A stretch of DNA of 63,971 nt, filler included, from Acidimicrobiia bacterium (GCA_046759765.1; 4 parts of 4 records of this genome joined end to end with filler, not necessarily neighbours in it), one strand, 5' to 3'; shown: positions 8,935-18,547, numbered from the whole stretch's first letter. Notes: generated by a model not told the origin, from the letters alone. Made by a program: numbers and translations.

Positions 8935-9562
8935 TCGGGACGGCGCCGTGGCGACGACATTTCCAGTAGTGATGCCCACCAGCCGGAACAGGCTTCAGCC
9001 ACTGTTGCGATGTCAGCGATCTCACCGGTGGCTCCGGTGTGCGCAGCCCACGCCTCTGCGCTTCGGCGGTCGGTAAAGAAGTTGACGGTCGGGCACCACC
9101 GTTCGACAACGAAACAGTCGTCACCGGCATCACCCGCCACGAAGACAACAGCTTCCGTCTCATCCGCGGTCCCTTCAGTGAAGGTGAGACCTAGCGGCCT
9201 ACCGGAATGGATGTCTCGCGAGCGGACATCGCCGCTTGCTTCGAGTTCATTCATGATCCCAACTGCGTCAACCGCGCACCATGTCCATCGATCCCACCAT
9301 CCGTGACGATCTCGTGCGACGTCGGAGCGACGCTCAATCCTGCACTTCCGGTAATCCTTCGCGAGTCGTCTTTCGTCAGTCTTCCCTGGTACTGGATTGT
9401 CCCCAGCTCGTCCCTAACCTCGGTTAGGGAGAGACCTGAGGCAGCGGCGATTTCCTCCTCTGAAACAGGCCGTCCGGTTTCCAGAAGCAGCCGGAACGAC
9501 CGCGCCCTCACCAGAGAATCCGAAGGTGCCACTGGAATTAGATCCCGAGTGGGCTCCGTCAT
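8931..9562 (-). CDS. merB: Organomercurial lyase MerB-like protein, one apparent frameshift at 9293-9295
   Basis: GLSVAPTSHEI, then (after adding one G) RWTWCAVDAVGI and WCPTVNFF; the catalytic Cys/Asp/Cys pattern is retained. Confidence 0.7.
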
Positions 9563-9852
9563 GGGACACCTAGTGCTTCGCGAAGCTGATCGATCGACGG
9601 CGTACCCTCGGAACCGGACTCGGTGCGGTAGACGCGGCACGCGAAGCCGATCGGTGCCGACTCGTCCGCGAACGGGTCCCGCCCGTCGACCAGCACAGTC
9701 GGTGAGCCGCGGAAACCAAGACGCTCCGCATCCTCAAAGGATTCCACCAGCTGGTAATGGATCTCCCAGTCGTCACCCAGGATCTGGCGAAGGCGACTCT
9801 GGGCAATTTTCCAATTGGCGCAGCCGTTGAAATACTGCAACGTCACATCCAT
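9559..9852 (-). CDS. Small thioredoxin-fold protein of the type found next to merB (DF/DUF2703-like)
   Basis: YFNGCANW, FRGSPTVLVDGRDPF and ACRVY. Confidence 0.75.
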   Translation of the reverse strand: MDVTLQYFNGCANWKIAQSRLRQILGDDWEIHYQLVESFEDAERLGFRGSPTVLVDGRDPFADESAPIGFACRVYRTESGSEGTPSIDQLREALGVP

Positions 9853-9882
9853 CGGGCACTCGCAACTCCGAGAACCCTGCTA

Positions 9883-9913
9883 CCGTATACCTTCCAGCAT
9901 ACTGGAAGGTCAA
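9883..9913 (-). promoter_or_regulatory. MerR-family operator/promoter
   Basis: Perfect dyad ACCTTCCAG-N4-CTGGAAGGT (9889-9910), lying between minus-strand TTGACC and TACGGT with a 20-nt spacer. Confidence 0.85.
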
Positions 9914-9925
9914 GGAGAAACTTTC

Positions 9926-10327
9926 GTGCAAATCGGACAACTAGCCGCCATAACCGGAGTGCCTACCAAAACCATCCGCTACTACGAGGACATCGGAGTG
10001 CTACCTACTCCCGATCGCACGCCTTCGGGATACCGCGACTACGACGAAGCCGCGTCCGACCGTCTGCTCTTTGTGCGTGGCGCACAAAGAGCAGGACTCA
10101 CCCTGAACGAGGTCCGCAGCATCTTCGAGGTGAGAGACGAAGGCCAAGCCCCTTGCGGGCACGTCGCTGATCTCATCAATAAGAAGCTCGAAGAGATCGA
10201 CCAACGGATAACAGCGCTACACCGGACGAGAAAGGAACTCGAAGTCCTCGCCGACCGAGCCAACACCCTCGACTACGGGGCCTGCGGACCGGAATCGATC
10301 TGCCAGATAATCATCCCAAGCCAATGA
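9926..10327 (+). CDS. MerR-family heavy-metal-responsive regulator
   Basis: IGQLA...TIRYYEDIG...R..SGYRDY; Cys in APCGHV and a C-terminal CGPESIC. Confidence 0.92.
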   Translation: MQIGQLAAITGVPTKTIRYYEDIGVLPTPDRTPSGYRDYDEAASDRLLFVRGAQRAGLTLNEVRSIFEVRDEGQAPCGHVADLINKKLEEIDQRITALHRTRKELEVLADRANTLDYGACGPESICQIIIPSQ

Positions 10328-10387
10328 GTCGTTCATCACCACAAATCTGGCCAACTATGTAGCAGCACTCCAGCCAAGAAATCAGAA

Positions 10388-11104
10388 ATGGCAACAGCAA
10401 GACCAACAGCAGCGGATACTGCGGAGGCGTGGCGGGAACGCGTCGTGAGAGAGCATGAGACTATCCAGGAAGACCCCACCGCCCCGCTGGCGCAGGTTTA
10501 CCTGCTGGAGGAACTCGCGAAAGGCCAGCCTGTCTCACCAGAACGGGCAGCTGAGCTACTTGGAGTTTCCCGCGAGGAGATTGACGAGCTGTTCTCGGCG
10601 ATCGAGGCGGCTGGCGGACAGATCAACGGCCAAGGCGACTTCATCGGCATGGCTCTCACCCTCAAACCGACCCGGCACAGCATTCGGGTCAACGACAACG
10701 ACATGTACGCATGGTGCTCCCTAGACACCATCCTTTTACCCGGGGTTCTCGAGGCCGAGGCTGAGATCGAATCAACCGATCCGATCACCGGCGAGACCAT
10801 CCAGTTGACGGTCAACGCTGATCAGATAGTCAAGGTGGATCCGCCAGGTGCAGTGACGTCTATCTTCGTGCCGGGAAGGACCCCCACCGAGACCGGTGAT
10901 GACGAGCTGGTGGCCGGTGCCGAATCGGAGGTATGCACCTCGATGCTGTTCTATGCGTCGCGAAAGAATGCAGAGAAAGCACTAGCGAACTACTCCAATA
11001 TTGCGATCTTCACGGTCGAAGAGGCATTCAACCTCGCCCGCGCAACGTGGACCGAACCCACGCGAGCTCTCCGAAAGCAAGCGGTCGCCAGCGACCAACG
11101 GTGA
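10388..11104 (+). CDS. merB: Organomercurial lyase MerB-like protein (second copy)
   Basis: LTLKPTRH, YAWCSLDT, STDPITGETI and VCTSMLFY. Confidence 0.8.
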   Translation: MATARPTAADTAEAWRERVVREHETIQEDPTAPLAQVYLLEELAKGQPVSPERAAELLGVSREEIDELFSAIEAAGGQINGQGDFIGMALTLKPTRHSIRVNDNDMYAWCSLDTILLPGVLEAEAEIESTDPITGETIQLTVNADQIVKVDPPGAVTSIFVPGRTPTETGDDELVAGAESEVCTSMLFYASRKNAEKALANYSNIAIFTVEEAFNLARATWTEPTRALRKQAVASDQR

Positions 11105-11187
11105 CCGCCATCGATCATGAGGCTACGGTTGGCAACCCTTGACTCTAGGCCTGAGGGCGTCATGTACTGCTGTGCCAGCTCGGAGAG

Positions 11188-12421
11188 CTAACCGGGTGGA
11201 AGATCTCCTTTGACGGGGGAAGTTATCGAGGCCGGCCATGGGGGTAGGCCGCTGGTGGTGTATCGGTGTCCGAGTCGGCTGGTCGAGAGGTAGTCGCCGT
11301 TGGGGAGGCGGCGGTAGGTCCAGCCGCATCGGTGTCTGATGATGTGGTGGTGTCGGCATCCCGGCGCCAGATCCTCGACCGCGGTTTTCCCGCTTTCCGC
11401 CCAGGGGATCCGATGGTCCAGGTCACATTCGGTGGCCGGCATCCGACATCCGGGGAACACACAGGTCCGGTCCCGGGCTTCAACCGCCCGACGCTGCGCG
11501 CCGGTGGGCCGCCGGCGAGTAGTGCCATTGAATAGCGCCCGGCCGCTCTCGGGATCGGTGACCGTCCACCGCCACTCCGCCCCCTATTGCTGTTGGACGA
11601 TGACTTGGCGGGCTATGTCAGAAATGACCGGCCCGTAGCCGGCCAGCTCCCCCGGCCGCTCCGCCAAACCGGCCAGCGTCTCCAGATCGGTCTGGATGTC
11701 GACTGTTCCCCGAGACGACATGCCGCGATGAGTCTTGCCTTGCAGTAAGTCCAGGAAGATGGTGGATCCGCTTCGATGTCTGCGCCACCCCATCCGGCGG
11801 CAGATCCAACCCCAACAGGTTGGCCGTACTCGAGGGGGTGGGCTCCGCCACCACCCGCCGGCCCTTCACCGCCTCCTCGTAACGGGCTTCCGCCTCCTCG
11901 GGATCAGCTTCCACACACAGACGCCGGATCCGACCCCACAACTCCCCAGTAGTCAACAGGGGAGCGTCCTCAATGATCTGTTCCACCACCTCCCGGGCGG
12001 TATCTTCCGGCAGATGTTCAGTGCCCCGGACAATCACCCACACCCGAGATATATCAATATCACCATCAGACAGCGCCTCCCAAACCCGCGGTAGACGCTC
12101 ACACAGCTCCAACGCCAAACCCAACGCGTTATCAGCGGCCCGGCGAGTCAGGCGAAGAGCAGTCCGAAGCTCCGCTGACGACGCCAACGGAGCGAACTCC
12201 GGATCGTCATCCAGCGCATTCATGAAATCCCACAACGCGGCCATCACCTGGAACACCAGCGCCTCGTAATGAGAAGCCATCCGCCGGGCCGCCTTCAACA
12301 CCACAATCAGGTCGGAACCAGATAGATCATCGACGTCGATCTCCGACAGGACCGCACCCAAAGCGGCGCCCGGATCCATCTCATCCAAACCCTCGTGAAC
12401 CGACTCAAATTCATAGAACAT
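11188..12421 (-). pseudogene. DUF222-HNH endonuclease (REP13E12-like), disrupted
   Basis: DUF222-like N-terminus and RDRTCVFPGC...DLDH...GCRHHH HNH; frame break near 11760 and an in-frame TAG at 11584-11586. Confidence 0.8.
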
Positions 12422-12450
12422 ACGTTCGATCATATCGGAGGGATGGGACA
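12414..12450 (-). promoter_or_regulatory. LexA SOS box plus RecA-ND/PafBC-like promoter
   Basis: TCGAAC-GTAT-GTTCTA (12414-12429) and TGTCCC-N10-TATGAT (12450-12429), 7 nt before ATG 12421. Confidence 0.65.
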
Positions 12451-12973
12451 CCAACACCCCGAACAGACCCCTCTCGCAACGGCGGACGGTGACGCCAACC
12501 AGGAACCATCGAGACCGACACGACTCTCCGGTCTCTGTCCAAAACAGCTGACAGCCGCCTAGGCAGTCAGGTTTTCCTCGGGTGTCCGAAATAGGTCGGC
12601 CGTCCCATTCACCCATAGCCGGAGGAGCATGAGACTGGTGACTGTCAGCGGCCTCCCATCCGCTGAGGGGAGGTTGATAGGGGGTCGCTCCCCTCAGCGA
12701 CCTTTTTACAAGTGGACACCCGACCTAGCGGAGGAGCCGCCAGTCTCACGAGAGAGGGCGGCTCCTTTGCAAAACATTCACGTCAAGTGCTCACTCAGCA
12801 TCTTGACAGCTAGGCGTCTTGTCAGTTGGGCCCACGCGCCCGCTGCCGTGACCACAAGAGAGTGCAGGACCAGTCAACCCTGTTGCTTGCAATTTTCGAT
12901 GCCCGCCAGCTTCGTCGGTGAGCAACCGACGCCGACTCCCCTAATGCTGATTAGTTTCAGCCCGGAGACGATC

Positions 12974-15613
12974 GTGCCCAACCCGTCAACCCAAACGGTC
13001 ACGTTTCTGTTCACAGACATCGAGGGATCCACCCGGCTCGTGTTGAGATTGGGAGAGCGGTATCCAGAGGTGCTGGAGGATCACCACCGCCTCATACGTG
13101 ACGCGCTCACCGAAGTCGGCGGTATGGAAATGGGTACTGCCGGCGACGCTGTGTTTGCGTCATTCGAGGCCCCAGACTGGGCGCTGCAGGCGGCAGTTCA
13201 GGCGCAACGCTCGCTCGCCTCCCACCGCTGGCCGGAAGGTGGGGCCATCCGGGTACGGATGGGACTGCACACGGGCGAGGCGATCCTTGGCCCTACGGGA
13301 TACACGGGCCTCGCCGTCCATGCGACGGCTCGGATAGCAGACGCCGGACACGGCGGCCAGATTCTGATGTCCGAGGCGACCCATTCTGTGATCGGCTACC
13401 CGCTTCCTGCTGGAGTCTCGGTCAGGGATTTGGGCGAGTACCACCTCAAGGACCTGCCGGAACCCGAGCACCTCTACCAGATTGAAGTCCCCGACCTTCC
13501 CGGCGAGTTCGCGCCACTCCGGGCTCTCGATGCTCGCCCCAACAACCTTCCCAGCGAGCTCTCCGAGTTCATCGGGCGCGAGGAAGAGCTCGAGGCCGTA
13601 TCGGGACTCTTGGCTTCCAACCGATTGGTAACGCTCACGGGCCCCGGTGGCAGTGGAAAGACACGCCTGGCCCTTCGAGCCGCCCGCGATTCTCTGCCCC
13701 AGTTTTCCAACGGAGTGTTCTTCGTGCCGCTGGAAGCGATCACGGACCCGGACACACTTGCTCCGGCAGTAGTTCAGGCGTTGGAAATCAAAGACACGTC
13801 CGACCGCCCGAGGATCGAGGTACTTGAGGAGAAGCTGCGCGATCGCGAGCTTCTGGTCGTGCTTGACAATTTCGAGCACGTACTTCCCGCTGCGGTAACT
13901 GTGAGCCGTTTGCTGGAGGTGGCGCCACACCTTAAAGCGTTGGTCACGAGCCGGGTGACGCTTGGCCTCCGGGCCGAGCAATCGTACGAAGTGCCACCGC
14001 TTTCGCTTCCCGATTCGAAGGTCAGCAGCGACCACGAGGCAATGGCCCAAGTGGACAGCGTGGCTCTCTTTGTCCGTCGATCTCAGGCTGTCCAGCCGGA
14101 CTTCGGTCTGACTCCCGACAACGCCGAGTCAGTTGCTCGGATCGTCTCTCGGCTAGACGGCCTTCCTCTCGCTCTCGAGCTCGCCGCCGCGAGAACCCGT
14201 GAGTTCGCCCCTCCGGAGCTGGCCAGTCGTTTGGAGCGCAGCCTGGACACGCTCGTCGGGGGCCACGCTGACCTACCCCAACGGCAGCGAACTCTCCGGG
14301 ATGCCATCGCGTGGAGCTACGACCTTCTTGCAGACGAAGAGCAAGCAGTCTTCGGGGAACTCGGCATCTTTGCGGGAGGGTTCACGCTCGGCGCGGCTGA
14401 ACAGGTAGTAGCTGGGGCCTCGGCGATGATCGTCGAGAGCGTGGCTTCTTTGCTGGACAAGAGCATGCTCAGCCGGAGGGTTCACCTGGGCGAGACACGA
14501 TTCGCCATGCTCGAAACGCTTCGGGAGTTCGCCCTCGAGGAACTGGCGGAGAGTGGAAAACAGGAGGTCGCCGAGCGGTACAACGCCTACTTTCTTTCTC
14601 TGGCCGAGGAGGCGGAGCCGGAGCTAGCCGGTGAAGCCCAAGGGATCTGGATGGCGCGCCTGTTGGCCGAAAGAGACAACCTGCGTGCTGTGCTTCGCTA
14701 CTCGAAGGAAATGGACGATCCGGATACCGGACTTCAACTCGGCGCCGCGGTTTGGCGCTACTGGCATGGATCTGGGCAACTGGTCGAAGGTAAGGAGTGG
14801 CTGGAGGGATTTCTCAACCACCCGAGGGCTTCTGCGATGGCCCGCGCCAAGGGCTTGACTGCACTGGCGGGGTTGGCCTACTGGCAGGCGGACTTTGCGC
14901 AGGCTACTCAGACGTACCGGCAGGCCCTCGATCTCTATCGAGCCAGCGGCGATCGCTTCAGGGAGGCTGACACACTGTACGGCATGAGCCTGACCGCATC
15001 GTTCGAAGGCGACCCTGACGCCGGGGAGCGTCTTGCTCACGAGGCCAAGGAGATATTCGAAGAGCTGGAATCCAGAGAACAAGTGGGCCAGGTTCTCATG
15101 GCAGAAGCCACCGCTCATTGGACAAGAGGCGATCTGTCGAGGGCGCAGGCGTTATTCGAGCGTGCTCTAGATATCTCGCTGGAGTTGGGAAACAGCTCAC
15201 TTGCCGCTTCGCAGATGGTCGGCCTGGCAGGTCTGTTGTTCCAGGGCGGCGATGTGCGCAGCGCTCAGGAAACCGCAGCCGCGGCTTTGGGCATGGCCAT
15301 CGAAGTCAAGAACGCGCACATTCAGGTATTTGCGCTCGACGGAGTCGCCTCCTTCGCCGCACCCGCCACGCCCGCTGGAGCAGTGCGACTAGCCGGAGCT
15401 GCCGACTCCCTCCGTGAGGCTCAGGGTGGCGGATGGTCACTCGACTCGTTCGGAATCGAGAATGCTCGAGTTTCGGTGGCTGAGCTCCTCCCGGACGATG
15501 ACATCGAACGCGCGTGGGAGGAGGGAAGGGGGATGAGCCTCGAGGAGGCAATCGACTACGCGCGCCGGCTTGTCCCCACTAAGGATGTCAGCCATGCCCG
15601 CGAGCCGACTTGA
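12974..15613 (+). CDS. Class III cyclase domain + P-loop ATPase (STAND/NB-ARC-like) + TPR protein
   Basis: TFLFTDIEGST, RVRMGLHTG, GPGGSGKT, LDNFEH, RLDGLPLALELAAAR. The start is placed at GTG 12974 because the upstream extension looks non-coding. Confidence 0.88.
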   Translation: MPNPSTQTVTFLFTDIEGSTRLVLRLGERYPEVLEDHHRLIRDALTEVGGMEMGTAGDAVFASFEAPDWALQAAVQAQRSLASHRWPEGGAIRVRMGLHTGEAILGPTGYTGLAVHATARIADAGHGGQILMSEATHSVIGYPLPAGVSVRDLGEYHLKDLPEPEHLYQIEVPDLPGEFAPLRALDARPNNLPSELSEFIGREEELEAVSGLLASNRLVTLTGPGGSGKTRLALRAARDSLPQFSNGVFFVPLEAITDPDTLAPAVVQALEIKDTSDRPRIEVLEEKLRDRELLVVLDNFEHVLPAAVTVSRLLEVAPHLKALVTSRVTLGLRAEQSYEVPPLSLPDSKVSSDHEAMAQVDSVALFVRRSQAVQPDFGLTPDNAESVARIVSRLDGLPLALELAAARTREFAPPELASRLERSLDTLVGGHADLPQRQRTLRDAIAWSYDLLADEEQAVFGELGIFAGGFTLGAAEQVVAGASAMIVESVASLLDKSMLSRRVHLGETRFAMLETLREFALEELAESGKQEVAERYNAYFLSLAEEAEPELAGEAQGIWMARLLAERDNLRAVLRYSKEMDDPDTGLQLGAAVWRYWHGSGQLVEGKEWLEGFLNHPRASAMARAKGLTALAGLAYWQADFAQATQTYRQALDLYRASGDRFREADTLYGMSLTASFEGDPDAGERLAHEAKEIFEELESREQVGQVLMAEATAHWTRGDLSRAQALFERALDISLELGNSSLAASQMVGLAGLLFQGGDVRSAQETAAAALGMAIEVKNAHIQVFALDGVASFAAPATPAGAVRLAGAADSLREAQGGGWSLDSFGIENARVSVAELLPDDDIERAWEEGRGMSLEEAIDYARRLVPTKDVSHAREPT

Positions 15614-15690
15614 CCTACGGATCGAGCCCTGGTCGGCTCAGGAGATCTGCGTCGGCGTCAAGGCGCTCTGAACTCTCGAACCGGTATCAA

Positions 15691-16086
15691 CTACTGCGTG
15701 AATGACCAGTGCGCATGCACGGTCTTCCAGCCCTCCTCCGTATGACGGTAGATCTCGGTGGCGTTCCACCGGTCCACGACCTCGCTAGCTCCCTCCTCGG
15801 TCTCATAGGTGACGAGGTTGAAGGTCAAGATCGCCGTGTCGCCATGGACATCAACGCTCGGGTTGATCATCTCGTAGCGCTGGACCGGGATCTGCCCGGT
15901 GAAAGAAGCCAGGTTCTTTTGAACGTCCGGGCCGTCGATCCTCTGCGGAAGCCCAGGCGCGAAGTAGGTGGCGTCCGTCGTGAACTTCTCGCTATAAGGC
16001 ACTGAATCACTCTCGTACCAGCGGTCCAGGACCGCGCGCTCGAGCGCCATCACCTTTTCGGTCACAGAAGCGTTGTCTCCGGTCAT
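15691..16086 (-). CDS. NTF2/SnoaL-like (DUF4440) protein
   Basis: Size of 131 aa and C-terminal W.ATEIY....GWKTVHAHWS. Confidence 0.75.
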   Translation of the reverse strand: MTGDNASVTEKVMALERAVLDRWYESDSVPYSEKFTTDATYFAPGLPQRIDGPDVQKNLASFTGQIPVQRYEMINPSVDVHGDTAILTFNLVTYETEEGASEVVDRWNATEIYRHTEEGWKTVHAHWSFTQ

Positions 16087-16508
16087 GTGGGCCTCCTCAG
16101 CAAGCGACTATCGCAACCATCGACCCTAGCGAGCAGGTCCCTGCCGCTCACCGTCGGTGTCGTCGCTAGGGACGCGACTGGCCGTGACTTGAGGTCTTGC
16201 GTGTCGGGAAGGCCGACGCGAACCTGAGCCCACGGAGCGCCCCGGCTGGCCAGTTCCTGCGAGCCGGGTGATTTTGCGATGTCAATCTGCGTGACGTCCC
16301 GCCCACTTCACGGTTCCGGTCGGACGGCGTTCCGAGGTGCCGCCTCGGCCGACGTTGGGAGCGTTTCCAACATGTGGAAGGCATTTCCCTCTTTTCGAAG
16401 TGACTAGTCAACTGGGGCACGTCCGGAATCCTGCTCAGGCAGCCGATGGATTGGTCGATATCACAGGAAATTGGCGAAAAGCGCCATCCGCATCAAAAGG
16501 AACGACCA

Positions 16509-17132
16509 ATGCAAGCCGCACATACCCAGCTCTCCTCACAAGCAGAGCGTGAGAAGGCCCAGCGCCGGAGGGTGATCCCACCGCTCCTACGGTTCGGAGC
16601 CATAGCCGGGGCGCTTGTGCTGATGAGCGCACTGGTGGTGACCGGCTCCCGAGGCGCGTTTTCAGATACAACTGACAACGCGGGCAACAACTGGGCCGCC
16701 GGTACGGTGACGATCACGGACGACGACACCGGTTCGGCCATGTTCAACGCGTCGAACATGAAGCCGGGCGACTCGGTGACCAACTGCATCGTGGCCACCT
16801 ATAGCGGCACCTTGGTCCCGGCCGATGTCAGGCTGTACGGGGTTTCGGGTGGGACCGGCCTCGATGCCTATCTCGATGTCACCATCGACGAAGGTAGCGG
16901 TGGTGTCTTCGGCAACTGCACCGGCTTCGTCCTGAGTACGACGCCGTTCAGCGGGACGCTGGCGACCTTCGCGGCCACCCATACCAACTTCACCAACGGT
17001 ATCGCCGCCTGGTCTCCGGCTGCCAACCCGGAGTCGAAGACGTACCGGTTCACCGTGACCCTGCAGGACAACAACCTTGCCCAGGGTCTCAACGGGACCG
17101 CGACCTTCACTTGGGAGGCGCAGAACCAGTAA
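16509..17132 (+). CDS. TasA/camelysin-like protein with a SipW-type signal peptide
   Basis: Hydrophobic helix then SRG-AFSDTTDNAGNNWAAGT; NMKPGD; DNNLAQG...TFTWEAQ. Confidence 0.8.
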   Translation: MQAAHTQLSSQAEREKAQRRRVIPPLLRFGAIAGALVLMSALVVTGSRGAFSDTTDNAGNNWAAGTVTITDDDTGSAMFNASNMKPGDSVTNCIVATYSGTLVPADVRLYGVSGGTGLDAYLDVTIDEGSGGVFGNCTGFVLSTTPFSGTLATFAATHTNFTNGIAAWSPAANPESKTYRFTVTLQDNNLAQGLNGTATFTWEAQNQ

Positions 17133-17158
17133 CAACCCAGCCACCAACAACACATGAG

Positions 17159-17200
17159 AGAACCGGGGCGAGCGTGGGAGCGGCTCGCTCCGGTTCTTTT
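17159..17200 (+). terminator. Intrinsic terminator after the tasA-like gene
   Basis: AGAACCGGGGCGAGC/GCTCGCTCCGGTTCT stem followed by a T-run. Confidence 0.7.
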
Positions 17201-17215
17201 GAGAAGAGCTAAGGA

Positions 17216-18199
17216 ATGGCGACAGCGTTCGAGGTCCAGACACCAGATTTCGGTCCCATCCCGAAGGGCCCGGGGGACTCAGCGCGGGATCTTCCGCCTT
17301 GGCCAAGGACCCCACCAGGTAACCGTTCTGTCCGACCGAAGACCAGGCCGGTCGGACCACCGCCTCGATCCACAAACGCCCGACCAGTTGCTGCGAGCGC
17401 CGGCGCCTTGTTGGCACCGCCAGCCTCGCAGCCGACCTCGAATGTCGCGGCCATCGCAGGCGACCGAAGTTTCGTCGAACCCGTCCCAGGAGACCCCTAC
17501 GAGGACCCTCGCGGGTCGCTCGAGCCCGCTCAGCGTGAAGCGCCGGCAGCGGCTAAAGCACCACCGAAGCTCTCTTCGCTAACCCTCGACCTCAGACCAG
17601 AGCCCGCAACCACCATCCGGGCCGGGCTCACAGTCGAGCCCGACCAGAGCTCCGCGTCGACAGTTCGACGGGCTGCGCTGTTCCTGGTAGGTCTCGCCGG
17701 TCTGTTCGTGGTTTCGGCTGGCGTGACGGGCGCCCTCTGGGCAACCGTGCCCTCGCTGTTTCCCGGCTGGATGTCCGTTGTGATCACCTCTGACTCGATG
17801 GCCCCCTCGATCCTGTCTGGCGACATTGTTGTGGCAGCACCGTTGCGTGACGTCGGGTTGGATGTCGGCACGGTGGTGGTCTTCGAAGACTCGGCGCGTC
17901 CGGGTCTCGTCACCCACAGGATTGTCGGTGCTAACGCCGATGGGTCCTACCTCACCAAGGGCGACGCCAATTCCCAGGCGGACTCGGCCCCGCTTCACCC
18001 GGACCAGGTGATGGGTGAGGGCCGGCTCCTCGTTCCCCTGATTGGCCTGCCGCTGATGTGGCTGTCGGCCCGAGCGTGGGTGAACCTGATCCTCTGGATA
18101 GCGGTCATGGGCCTAGCGGTCGTTCTTGCCTGGTACGCGCTGGCCCAGGAGTACGACCCGTGGGCGCTGCGCGGAGAGAGCACCAATGGCCTCGGTTAG
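17216..18199 (+). CDS. sipW: SipW-type (S26B) signal peptidase I with a long Pro-rich N-terminus
   Basis: ITSDSMAPSI..GD, LVTHRIV (Ser-His dyad) and TKGDAN...D. Confidence 0.85.
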   Translation: MATAFEVQTPDFGPIPKGPGDSARDLPPWPRTPPGNRSVRPKTRPVGPPPRSTNARPVAASAGALLAPPASQPTSNVAAIAGDRSFVEPVPGDPYEDPRGSLEPAQREAPAAAKAPPKLSSLTLDLRPEPATTIRAGLTVEPDQSSASTVRRAALFLVGLAGLFVVSAGVTGALWATVPSLFPGWMSVVITSDSMAPSILSGDIVVAAPLRDVGLDVGTVVVFEDSARPGLVTHRIVGANADGSYLTKGDANSQADSAPLHPDQVMGEGRLLVPLIGLPLMWLSARAWVNLILWIAVMGLAVVLAWYALAQEYDPWALRGESTNGLG

Positions 18200-18447
18200 G
18201 CGACGGCACTGGGCAGGCCTCTTACTTCTGCTTGCTCTGGTGGTTTCGACGTTGGCTCTGACCCTCGGAACCTCTCGTGGTGCGTTCTTCGACACCACCG
18301 ATAACGCTGCGAACTATTTCGAGGCCAGGGCCTGCTTCCCGTCTACCACCTATGACTTCTGGGGGGTTACTTCGCCTTCTTCTACCCACACCGCGGAGGA
18401 TGGGGAGATCGACCAGTCCGATGCGGTGATCGAGGCAGGGACGTTCA
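18186..18447 (+). CDS. Second SipW-signal-peptide protein (partial, contig end)
   Basis: MASVRRR + hydrophobic helix + SRG-AFFDTTDNAANYF. Confidence 0.7.
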
Positions 18448-18547
18448 NNNNNNNNNNNNNNNNNNNNNNNNNNNNNNNNNNNNNNNNNNNNTTAATTAAT
18501 TAANNNNNNNNNNNNNNNNNNNNNNNNNNNNNNNNNNNNNNNNNNNN
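18448..18547. other. Artificial contig linker
   Basis: N44-TTAATTAATTAA-N44, giving stops in all six frames. Confidence 0.98.

Noticed and set aside
11584..11586. In-frame TAGs (here, near 2980 and at 51210) as pyrrolysine or amber recoding
   Set aside because: TAG is the normal stop of sufS, fumC, nusG, rplK, rplA and rplL, and this gene also has an independent frame break.
12629..12973. 115-aa N-terminal extension of the cyclase-ATPase ORF
   Set aside because: The composition is not protein-like and the region is hairpin-rich; the conserved domain begins just after GTG 12974. The GGAGGAG before 12629 leaves some doubt.
16140..16500. Riboswitch upstream of the tasA-like gene
   Set aside because: No c-di-GMP or other aptamer consensus was recognisable by eye; an Rfam scan would settle it.
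18448..18547. TTAATTAATTAA palindrome within N runs (also at 36627-36726 and 54664-54763)
   Set aside because: Identical artificial contig linkers; gene adjacency across them is meaningless.
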